Shown: positions 1 through 11,287 of the stretch, in pieces
Numbering within the stretch: position 1 is the first letter of the stretch
How the letters are laid out: each line of letters begins with the position of its first letter
Assembly (NCBI GenBank): GCA_025201805.1
Contig: MU619293.1
Coordinates: forward strand, 123,823-187,822
DNA: 64,000 bases
Direction: 5' to 3'
From: Parasitella parasitica NRRL 2501
Taxonomy: Eukaryota; Fungi; Mucoromycota
The notes under the pieces: model-generated
What the model was told of the DNA's origin: nothing
Databases searched by the model: none
The model's input: only the letters and a program-made list of their open reading frames with translations
Position numbers and translations under genes: made by a program

Positions 1-671
1 TACGCCAGAATCGTCTTTGTCTAGAAATGCATGCAAACTAAGTCGTGTCGTCTATACAGATATATGTTCATTGTCCTTTTTTACCTTGTAAAACTGGCAT
101 AAATGAAGGATTAGATGATGAGAGATCTCTAGTGGTAACATCTTTTGTTCTGTCATCGGTGCATTTAACATGAAGTGTTAATTCTACTGAACAATCAGGG
201 CAATATTGAGAACATGTACAATCCTACATGAGCCACTACGTTTTAGTTGGTGCTGTCTATACATAGAAATTTACTGGTATTTACTCTAGTATAACGTAAT
301 TTGTCTACATCTCTACTGTCGATAGCAACCATGCCAAGACGATGCGCTAAAAACTCGTCGGCAAGGACGGTGGTATTTGTCTCAATTTCAACCATATCAA
401 TAGCTGGCAATCAGTGAGTTAATAGGTTGCCAAGAAATCAGAGCTGAATTGTCAATTCTTTACCAACTGTAGGAACCTCGGCAATCATAACTCGACGAAG
501 AGAGTTGGCAACACTATTATCTCTACTATTTAACATGCAAACACGTATGTTGCTATGTATTAAAACGTACCTCAAGTCAGTATCACTTAATATAAACGTA
601 ATACGATCTTTGGTGAGCTCTCTGATAGTAATGTTTGGGCCACTAAGTCCATATGAGCTTCCGATATCCAT
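1..671 (-). CDS. RPB3: RNA polymerase II subunit RPB3 (multi-exon, 3' part outside window)
   Basis: Spliced translation [76 protein letters not shown].../[21 protein letters not shown]. This has the RPB3 signature and Cys cluster; GT-AG introns. Confidence 0.95.
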
Positions 672-1310
672 AATATGTTGATAATCTATAAAGGAAAAAG
701 AGAACGGAGTGTGTCGTTTACAGTTTAGCGTCGAGTTAACCTACCACTCTTGTAGAGAAAATTTCTAATTTGTCAAAACAGCGGTCTCGCCACTACTCCA
801 CAGCACAGATTCCCTTCAAAAGTGAGTTTAAATTTGATGCAAGTGCTCCAAGGCTTGTGCATCCATCAACGTTCAAATGTCTAGTTGTTTGCAAAATAAA
901 AAGAAAAAAAAAACTGCAAATGTATCATTGCAAACTACATAAAAGCCTGGAATTTATTCTACAGCCCTGCGGTGCCATACGTTTTGCCAAAAATTCTGGG
1001 AAACTCGGGTGTTCTAAACGACATGGTCACGATCTCGGATGCTTGTATACTATATCTTGCTAGATCAAATCAGGTCAGTAAACCAGACGTATTTATAAGA
1101 AAATAAAAGGCAAGTACTGGTTGCTTCAATTTCTTTCGATCAAGAAAGACTACTTAAAACAATGAATAGCGACAATCTAGTCGACTCAATGCAAATCAAG
1201 AGGCATTAATTCAGAGTCACGACTCATTTGTCACCGGTGAAATGCGTGTACAGTTGAAGATGTTAATTTCCTCCTCTGTTTATCCTGTTAGACTATATAA
1301 TCTTATAAAT

Positions 1311-2816
1311 ATGGACCTTGTTGCACGTAAAAAGCTCAACTTGGAGGTTCTAAAAAGACACGATGCCAACATTTGCGATATTCTGGACCAGTCAGCTCAT
1401 GCTGTCGTATACAAGTTTGATACTGAAAAAACCAGCTGGGTAAGATAGTTGATATTCATTATGCTGTCTCTATAACTAACAATCGCTTCGTTTTGATCGC
1501 TCAGGAAAAACTGGGTTATGAGGGAGTCATTTTTCTAACGCAAGGGTAATCATCAAGACATGCCAGAATTTCGTTTCTAGTAATTCTAATTTGAATCCTA
1601 AACTTAGGAAAGCTGCACCTTATTTTGGTTTATACGTTTTGAATCGACTTTCTATAGAGAACTTTTCATTGCACTTGACAGATTTCGAGGAAATCAATCT
1701 AACAGACGAATTTATCATTTACCAGACAAGTGAAGGTAAGATTTCAACCGAGAAATTGGATCATGACCACCAGGGATATTGAATTTGAACCGTGTCGATA
1801 CATTTCTTGCAGGTGAAGCTTGTGCATTATGGCTTTTTGAAAAGAAGGATCGTGAGCGAATCTTAGCAAAAATTTTGAAGTAAGCGTTTACCAGACAAAA
1901 GCAAAAACAATCGTGAGTATTTAGGACAAGTATAGATTACATGAAGGCATAAAGGCATTGCCATCTACTCAGCAACACCAGCAGCAGCATCAAAAGTTAC
2001 AGCAGCAGCAGCAGCAGCAGCAACTTCAACCAACTGAACCAAAGGTAGATATTCTTCAAATGCTGAAAAAGGCTACAACTACGAGCCCTCCTTTACAATC
2101 TGTCGAGAACGATCTATTAAACGTATTGGGTCAAAAGCTACCATCTCAACAACAGCCACAACAGCAACCACATCAAGTACCTCCGCTTATGCAACATTCG
2201 CCAATGCCACCTATGATGGGTCAGACACCTCCCAACTTTGCGATACCTATATCAGAATGTGCTGATAGAGCTGGTAATAGACTACAAGAGCTTTTTGACA
2301 GCAGCAACCACAATATGGCTAATTTGAATATGATTGAACCGCCACAGCGACGGGTTATGGCTAATGGCGAATTAACAAAGCCTTTTTACCCTCCCTTTAT
2401 GAACATGTCACCTGCTTCATCTCCAAACAATAGAAACCCAGGTGCCCTACTACAAGCTCTTCATGGCGGGCTTCCTCCCCAACCTCATGCCCTTCCATTA
2501 CCATTACCGCAACAGCACCAGCACCAGCAATCGGTTCCTATGGGAACACCTTTAATGCCTCAACAGGTCATGGGTTTAATGAGACCTGAAGTAGCCAGAA
2601 GGTTTGGCGGTGGTAGACCGATGTTGTCTAAGCCTGAATTCATTCAGCAACTGTTGAACATGATTCAGGTAAGTTTTAATAACTTTTTTTTTTTTTTTTT
2701 TTTTACTCTGGAGCCATCTTTTAAAATTATGTATTTAGTGTGATCCTACTTTTTTCGACATTCTTTACGAGAACTACAAAGGGCAAATGGGTCCTCCTGC
2801 TCCTGCCCCCCTTTAA
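1311..2816 (+). CDS. DCP1: mRNA decapping activator Dcp1 (EVH1 + HLM + Q/P-rich linker + C-terminal trimerization-like domain)
   Basis: Exons give MDLVARKKLNLEVLKRHDANICDILDQSAHAVVYKF..W/EKLGYEGVIFL/..FGLYVLNRLSIENF../..LWLFEKKDRERI, the Dcp1 EVH1 fold. Last exon CDPTFFDILYENY..PAPL* stops at 2814-2816. Confidence 0.92.
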
Positions 2817-3462
2817 ATCTAGATAAATCTGTGAAAAAAGGACATTTGATCTTCTGTACCCAGATCATCTTATTGACCAAATACTCAATTACACAAATTA
2901 CTATTACGATTTTAAATGATGTTTTGTCTCAGAGATAATTGCAAAGACCAACATTCCTCGTACACCTTTATATATATATATGTATTGTAAGGAACCATTC
3001 AACAACGCAAGCATCAAGATGCTTCAGATGAGAAAAATCGGATTTTTTTAAAATAGGCTGGCTGTATACCAAGATACGAGGTCGTATGAGCCTCATTTAT
3101 CAGAAATAAGAAGTTATTATCAAGCGGGAATAAGAAACCAGATAAAGAAAAGTGTTCAAAGATGATTCATATTTTATATTTCTCGATTTAGACAGTGGTG
3201 TGAATGATGCAGAAGATAGGATAGAGAGTATTTGTATCTTCTTTATTTATTTGATTTCATGCGGATATGTTACTTTTGTTGAAGCGAGTTAAGTATTGTT
3301 ATCCGACCTAAAATTATGAGTTTGAGAAAGGGCGGAAAATTCTATTATATCTTTAAACAGAAGCAAAGGCACTATTACATTATAAGAAAAGAGTTGAATA
3401 TTTATTTTACTTATATTACAAAAGAGATTGATGAGATAATGGTGATTTTGTGGGGCCTACTG

Positions 3463-5111
3463 CTATTGTGAGTTAGCATTTGGAGTATTGTTGTCTACTT
3501 TGAGCTTCGTGGTGGGTGCTACATTCACATTAAAGAAAGGAGTATGCTGAGTTGGAGAAGATGGACTATCTATCTCAAAGTAATCAAGAGATTTATAGCT
3601 TGCAGATCTTTTCGGTATTGTGTTATGATGGATGTCGTTATCGTTGATATTACATAATGAGTTAGATGAATGAATGCTACTAATATAGTTTTTGAAAGAT
3701 GAATTGAAACTTGATGGTCGACGTGCACTCTCTCGTATCTTTTCCATGGTAACTTGTAGACTCGAGGTGTTGCTTTGCGTATCGTCTTTATTGCTGTGGA
3801 TATCAATCATGGTTGTTGGTAGTGACTCTATATGTAGCAATTGATCTAGGCTGTCTTTGGGTGCCGGGGTTATGCAAACCAACGGAAATGCACCTTTCTG
3901 GGCTGTAGTGACATTATATCCCAACGCCCAACCATCATCAAAATGCAACGCTAAACAAACAATATCCCCAACATTCAGTTCTAATTCATCAAGCATTTGT
4001 GGCGAATAAGCATGGGCCACTGCAAAGAATTCTTCGTGTAGAATTGTATTATCAATGACTGGTTTCAGATGAGTTGGAATAGTCGTCGATGCATCACCAT
4101 CAGCAGTTTCCATTTTGTCATCTCTAAATGGTGAATCAGATGTATTCAATTTAGACGCATTGAAAGCAACATCATCGTTAAGGGTCGTTGCTGTTAGATT
4201 ATTTGAAAACTGTTTTTGCTGCTGTTGAGATGTGATGGTGGTCGAGGTGGTTGATGATGACAAAAACTGCGTAAAAGGGTTTTTGTGTGTATGGTGCCTT
4301 TTTCTACAGCAATACCAAATGCCCGCAAAGAGTACTGATGCAGCGCCAATCGAGCTGCCAATGACGATTCCGACAATTGCACCTGCAGACAGGGAGTGTT
4401 TACAGTATGTTACTTGCTGACAGCACTCATCATTGTCATGATCCCTACAATAAGTACAGGCAGCACGAATATTGTCACCAAAGCCTTTTAAATTGTTGTT
4501 AATTAGACAATCAGGCTCCACAAAATTAGAAGGTGATAATTACCACAGGAATAAGGTTCGTTTGCGATACCGGATATACAGTTGTCGGCGATTGTGCCGT
4601 TGAAGCCTTCCCACGTATTACATTGATCAGTATAAGAGGCAAGCGATGTATTTCTTTGAGAAGAGTTTGAGCATACCCGAGGATTTTGAGTGATGCGGGT
4701 AATACTGTCCACCCATTCGAGACAAGTAGATTGACAAAGAGGAGGTGGTGTCAATCCATTGTCAAAGTTGCATGGCAGGGAATAGCTCGGGTTTTGTATC
4801 ATGGCAACGCATAGCCTAGTAAGGGAGTACCGAGCATAAGGAATAATTGGGTTGTAGTTGGAACTTAAACATCCCAAGGGAAACAGATAATCACTTGTCG
4901 AGTTGACATATTCAAGTAATCGTTCGTCGAATTCTTCAATAGTGGTTGTGTTTATCAGAAATGGATAATCGTATTCCAGCCCTGGGAGGCCGATGTAGAA
5001 TTGAGAAAATGCTGAGCAGGTTTTTGAGTTGGCTAAAGAGACACAGCTGTTTTCAGCATCTTTAGCACTTGCCACTGCTAAAATTAAGGATATAATTGTA
5101 ATTAAAAGCAT
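3463..5111 (-). CDS. Single-pass membrane protein: signal peptide, Cys-rich (Frizzled-like) ectodomain, TM helix, cytoplasmic SH3
   Basis: ORFs 4503-5132 and 3463-4521 are joined by intron 4485-4543 (G|GT..AG|GC keeps frame). Signal MLLITIISLILAVASA; TM GAIVGIVIGSSIGAASVLFAGIWYCC; SH3 VAHAYSPQMLDELELNVGDIV..FDDGWALG..KGAFPLVCI. Confidence 0.85.
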
Positions 5112-5744
5112 AAAGAAGTCTTCATGACACAACTCTTTTTCGAATGAAAATAAAAAAGAGGGTAAAAGGGATTATCAAGCAAAGAAGCGCCACTTTGCAA
5201 CTAACCAACAATTAGAAGTTTGCCCAGTTCAGTTCATTGACATCCGATTGGTTAGACTCACGTTCATATTTCTCTCAAGTATCATGAATTATGGATAGAT
5301 TAGAGCAAGTTATCAAGGCACCATCAAATGCATATATGCTATAATTGGCCATTATCGAAAGCATGTCAGAGCAATGGAATTCAAAGTGTTGTACAGATAT
5401 GGAATTGTTCATAAAAAGCACGATGGCTTCTTATGATCAATCCAGATATTTACCAACGCCGTCTTATTCATTTTTGGTTCAGCAGCTACCTAAAGAAAAT
5501 TGGTTTCTCCCATTGCTATCGATAGATCATTTGTCTTTCTTGGCGGTTTTGGTTTAGTATCTGCCTGGACGACTATGACTATTTTTTCATGATGTCGTAC
5601 GCCGTAATCAAATGAAAAAAACAAAACAAAAAAAGCCCTTGAGTTCCAAGCAATCAATTATATGATACAAACGGCAAGAAAGGTTGAATAAACCTTTTAT
5701 TCTGTTTCATTTCCATTAACGTGTAAACTACTCTGGTGTTTTTT

Positions 5745-6204
5745 TTACAGTGCAGAGCTGGTGCGTTGAATAAATGATTGCACCCCTTCGCAATGGCAAG
5801 AATCATGAGCTAATAATAGTTCCCTCAAAGCAATTACTTCACTTTTTAAATCACCAACCATTACACTCAATGATTCGTTTTGCACCGATAGAAAATCTGC
5901 CTGTTTAATCATTTGCTGCTGTTCATTTTTCTTTCGTTCTCTACAACGGTAAGCTAACGATTATCACTGTTAGCAAGCAACAAGGAAATTCAATAAGGTA
6001 ACTACCGGCAAGTCGGTTTCGCTCTAAACTCTGCTTTCTTTTAAATGTGGTTTCTTCTGCTGATGGCTGACCTGAATTTGTTTTGGATGAATTCTGTGAT
6101 GAGTGATGATTATATAATAGTTGGCTTGTTTGCATTATTTGCTCGTGTTGCTGCTGCTGTGGATCATGTACGTCAAACTGAAAATTATATTGATTTTGGT
6201 GCAT
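5745..6204 (-). CDS. Small ATF/CREB-type bZIP transcription factor (2 exons)
   Basis: KRKQSLERNRLA/AYRCRERKK basic region across an intron (~5954-6003), then a leucine zipper ending LRELLLAHDSCHC..SAL*, typical of Atf1/ATF2-like bZIPs. Confidence 0.88.
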
Positions 6205-9200
6205 TCTTTTTTCTCCTAATCATTAATAATGAAAAGAACTAATTTCGCATAATTTTTTGTTCCAATTTACCACTTCTGTTTGTGTGTAATGTTTGTTTGT
6301 CGCATACAAGCTGAAACCTACCATTCTGAGTCATACAATTAGTGCTTCCTACACCGAATGTTCGAAAACTCTGCCCGCTTTTTTGAGGCTAAATTGATCT
6401 AAACGTGTGAAGTTAATTTTGCCCATCTTTTCAAAAATGGCAAACTCATATTTGAGTTTGTCTGTTGTTTGAACGTTCAAAGCATGCTATTTTATGCGGC
6501 AAGTTCTACCACGGCTATATAGTTTGGCTTTGTAGTCATATGCATCGATCTTTGTTCCACGGAGATAATATGTGGTACCAAATATAAAGAATTATTCATA
6601 TTTCACGTACTCATTAAAATAATTAGGTTCTTACTACTATTTAATAAAGCTATCGTATGAAATGATTTTTATCAGGTCAATGTTGACATCTGCATAGCAA
6701 AAAAGCTATTTAGCAGATACAACAGCAATACAATGTCCCATCCTGAAGTTGTAAAATGTTCATAACTCTTGTTCTGCAATTTTGCGATTCTCATAAAAGA
6801 GATTCAAAAAAGATATTATCATATGCCCTTGATGGGAAGGAAGAGAAAGTCATTGTAGAAGGGCTCGTTCAGATATCGTATAATTGTGAACAGAATCAAG
6901 ATTTTTGTGCTAGGTTACGAAAAGGGCCCAGTAGATATGATTGATTTGAGATAAAAAAAAAGGAAAATATCACTACCATAAATACACAAAAGATTTTACT
7001 GATCATCTTGTACAATCAAGAAGTTCTCTAAATATTTTATATTGACTGAATCTACATGAGTCAAGCTATGAATACAGTCAGATAATACTTTACAACATTT
7101 AGTAGTAATTTTAAGATCAAGATACATAGTGGACTGCGATCTAACGTGGAAAATTTTAGCGTTAACTGATGTATCAATTCTGAAACTGGATGTCAATATA
7201 TTATAAACTCGTACCAAAGAGTAAAATATCATATCATATAATAATAAAATGACAAGACATTTGGGATGATAGATATATAATCTACCCATTTATCTTTTGG
7301 ATCCCATCGCTAAAACATGTATCCTCACATCGTTTCCCTCAGTTCGTAGAGAGTATATAAACCCTCTATTTTAATATATTAAACGAATCTTTACCTGAAT
7401 ATTTTTCATCCAGTTTTTTTTGATAAATGATTGACTTCGCTATCTGGCGAAAACATTTTTGTAACAGAAACCATAAATTTTCGTAGATAATCGCTGATAG
7501 GCAGCGATAAAAAAGCAAATATAAACATGTCTTAGGTTTCATTGAATTAGGAATGATCATCGCTATTTGAGCATAACCTGGTTCCCACTGGGCGATGTGT
7601 CCATCAAAAGTTATCTGCAAAAATAGTTTCACGTTGGCTATCGAAGTTTAAACACAAATCACGTGATTTGTTTTTGTGCTGGATAAACGAAGTTAAATAA
7701 AGAATGGGTGTAATAAGTATTTGCTGTAGTACTACTGAAGCTACAACAACTTTTGAATCATTATTATTAATTAGTATTTAATTGAAACTAGATATCAAGT
7801 CGATATAAATTCATCTGAAGCCAACGACAACTCAGCTCTATGAAGTTAAATTATTTTTGTTCCTGAAAATATCCACATTAATATAGTTATCGACAGATTC
7901 ACATGAATCAATCTACGAACACAATCAGATCATGTTTGAACATTTTATCGTTAAGCAAAATTATATCACAAGCAAGCGCGGTCTAAAGACCTTTTTATTT
8001 TATTTAATTAGCTAATCATTTATGGATGTGAATCATTCACCAATAAGTTTAATTTCATAATTTAGAATAAGTAGAAATTGATGGTTCCTTAATATTCAAC
8101 ACATTTCATGATTACTTTATTTATAATCTATGACATTTAACCTTAAACTTGATCAGGATTGGTTTCCATGACAACGTTGCCAAAATAATGGAAACCATTG
8201 TATTATATGGATGCCGTACCTCAGATACCTGAAACTGAACAATCACAACCGGGCCACAACACGAAATTGTTTGAATTTCATAATTGATAAATTATTTCAA
8301 ATATATCCTTTAGATATTAAACATCTAAATAAGGTCAAATATTTAGACAAGTCTATAGGGCTGCTTAGTATTTAACTAAAAAGTTGTACGTACTGTATCC
8401 GTCGTATTATTCGTTGATCCGATGGCAGTTTATCCCTGAATCTAAATTTAAACCAACCATATCATTCTGTTTTTTCTTTTAATCATATATCTTTTTAAAA
8501 ATCATAGCATATTCAAGTAAATGACAATCTCTATTTTTATAAATTCGCATTATCATTGTATGTTCTCTGTTAAATCAGCATATCCAATATCAAGGAAAGA
8601 ATATACAGTCGGGACTCTTATAAAAGACGGATTGATGTATAAAAATGTGTTTGATGTAGCGAGTTGTCCCCTATTCAGAATTGATACTCTACAGTACAGT
8701 GCCTGGAACCTGGAATATACCAGAAGCTTATATGAAGCTTAGCTTTTGTTAGTAAAATCACCTTCAACCTCAATTTTTACCTCTATTCTACTTTTTATTC
8801 TACATTTTCAGCATTAAAATCACAAAAAAAAGGAACGCTTGAACTGGCACTAAGCATTATTATAAGCAACAATCGTGATAGGGCCTCTCTGTTAGTAACA
8901 ATTAGCAGCTTTTGTGATTATTCACAAATAACAAGGGGTTATTACAGCAAAACATTGTATTAATTAATTATTCTCTTCCTGTTTCATCATATTACTATGA
9001 AGAAAGTATACTTGCTGCATCAAAAACACTTACTTTATAGAGCTATGTCATGTACTAGAATTGATATAGACCTGATATCATCCCCAGATAGATATTTTTT
9101 ACAGCTTAAAAGCAAAAAATTGAGCTTTGTGTGCCATTTCTTGATCGATTTTAATAATCAAAAGTGCCCTGAAAACACGAAAAATAGTATCCACTGATAA

Positions 9201-10296
9201 AAGACTATATTATAGATGATTTTGGTGCAATTTGAGCAAGATTTTTTTTTCGATGAAAAATGACGGATTTTTTCAGTTTTTCCCTTGTATCCACGCATCC
9301 AAAATCATCGATTATGCATTATCCTCAATTTTGACCTCAAAAATGCAACTTTTTACTATGACATATATTGGAGGAAAATGATCGTAAAAGACCATTCCAT
9401 GATCTGAAAGACTGGCAATGAGCTTTGATTAAGCAAAATATTAACTTTTTCCTCTTAATCTGTTTTTGAGGTTTTTCCGCAGAACTCCTTCCATAAGCAT
9501 ACGGGAATTATGAAATGATACCATCGTGTAGAGCGCCCAAAAATACAACTATTATCATAGACTGACAGCCGTGGTATGCATAGTATCACAGGATGATATC
9601 TTGCCTCAAAGGAGTAATTTTGGTTTTTTTTTGTCCAAATGGAGTTTCTGAAAGAATTTTTTCTTCCTGATTTTGGATGCATTGAATCTCCGCTATCAAT
9701 GAAAATGGTATTATTTTGAAGAAAGCATTAGCTTTGAGAGGCTATAGCTTACCCAATTCATGAGAAAAATAATTGCAACCTATTCTATTTAAATGGTGTG
9801 CTCCTTGGGCTTTCTAATGGCGGCACGTGCATGGCTGTAACTGGCCTGACGATCTCACGCTCCAATTTTGTAAAATACTTTTCCGAAAAAAGTCAGAAAA
9901 CTCGCTAGCTTCATCTGATATCAACTTGAAAAGTACAAAAACTTGCTCAAAACTATGCAATTATGTAATCAAAAGTTGCCTTATAATCTAATGCATTACT
10001 TTTCACTAATTGGTTTTGTGTTTGAGACCGCTAAACATTGTTTTCTTAGAGTTTTTGTCTTTTCTACTGTTAAAAAGCACCTAAAATCTACGCTGGCTTT
10101 ACAAAGATGCACACTTTGAGCCATTCCAGTATTAAGGAACAGATAACACAGGTTTGACTAGCTTTTCTACTGTACAACTAGATATAGAAAACCCAGCCTG
10201 TTGGTACTTGTCTGACAAGACCTTCTACACTGGAAGACGCCAGACCAACTGAAGGTATAAGAAAGTACTAGAGAAAAGGAAACAATCTGCCACTAG

Positions 10297-10460
10297 GATA
10301 ACACACCCATTCATAAAAAATTATTCATATAGAAATTTACGAAACCCCAAGGACATAAATGTGGTTATCTTCAACTTTGCTCTCCGTTCCTGAATCCAGT
10401 TGAAGGTTATTGATCCAAAACAGATACACTTGCACCTAGAATCAGAGGTGTTTGTTGATA
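10297..10460 (+). pseudogene. Tc1/mariner (IS630-like, DD34E) transposase relic
   Basis: Reads DNTPIHKKLFI*KFTKPQGHKCGYLQLCSPFLNPVEGY*SK, with exactly 34 residues between D and E. Matches DNAPIH...YLPPYSPFLNPIE..W; in-frame stops present. Confidence 0.8.
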
Positions 10461-10885
10461 GACAACTGTAACTTTTTTAAAGAATATTTTGTATTTAAAT
10501 ATATGATTTAGAAGACTTATTTCACAACAAATTCTCTTTGTATTTTCACTATGAATGAAATAAAGCGATTACTATTTTTCTCAAAATATGGAAATCCCCA
10601 CTTAAAATCTTAATAGGGAGACATTTCTCTTCTTTCAGAAACTTTTTAGCTTCTATCAGATATAAAATGTTTGTTACCAGAAACCGTAGAATATATTATC
10701 ACAACCACCATGAACCTTATAATTTACTTGAACTTTTTTTTTTTTTTTTTTTTTTTTTCAGAAACTGCAAAATTGGCAGTGGTAAGGATGCGATATGAAT
10801 TCATTGAATTTTTGCCGATCCAACAAAGCCATCCGATTCGTATTAAATTCATTATTCAATAAACAACAATGTCTTCCCCTTTGAT

Positions 10886-11000
10886 TAGCATTGTACTTCA
10901 TGAGATAGCCCGCTGAAGGCACGAGCAGCGAATCCTCATTGAAATGAAGGTCAAGCGTTTTTCATAGTACGAGGGAGGGGGTCGGAGCAGGCTGTGATAT
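10886..11000 (+). repeat. Solo copy of the Helitron 3'-terminal sequence
   Basis: tagcattgtacttcatgagatagcccgctgaaggcacgagc...aaggtcaagcgtttttca..gggggtcggag aligns with the reverse complement of 58490-58607 (tagctttgcattaaatgggatagcccgctgcaggcgtgagc...aaggtcaaatttttttca..ggggggtggag). Confidence 0.7.
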
Positions 11001-11287
11001 ATAAAATGTTATAAGTAGTGTGGTGTAAAAGCAAAAGATAAAATATTTAGTCTAATATGTTGCCTCTCAGACTATTGATTGCAGCACAGTGTCACAGAAA
11101 AAGGGTGTTAAACACGTTTTACCCATCCAAACCTTTATCATTTGTCAATTAAAGTCTTCAGACATGTTGCACGATATTTTATAAAGTCATAAATTAAGTA
11201 TTCAATATTGTTCTCTGAATGTTTGCCATTCTTTCCACTTCATCTCTCTTTCACCTTTTTTTTTTTTAGTCGCATTCGTTTTTAACT

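Noticed and set aside
6996-7632. Minus-strand ORFs with MIIPNSMKPKT, faintly like the CACTA/Tnp2 motif IIPGPxxPK
   Set aside because: A single short motif with no supporting downstream motifs; cannot be assigned.
8160-8200. X-box-like GTTTCCATGACAAC inside a short inverted repeat
   Set aside because: No nearby gene start, and the match is imperfect; could be chance.
9300-9900. Broken coding-like stretch (LPVFQIMEWSFTIIFLQYMS); similar texture at 16200-16700
   Set aside because: Possibly relics of a repeated Mucorales gene family, but too degenerate to name without a search.
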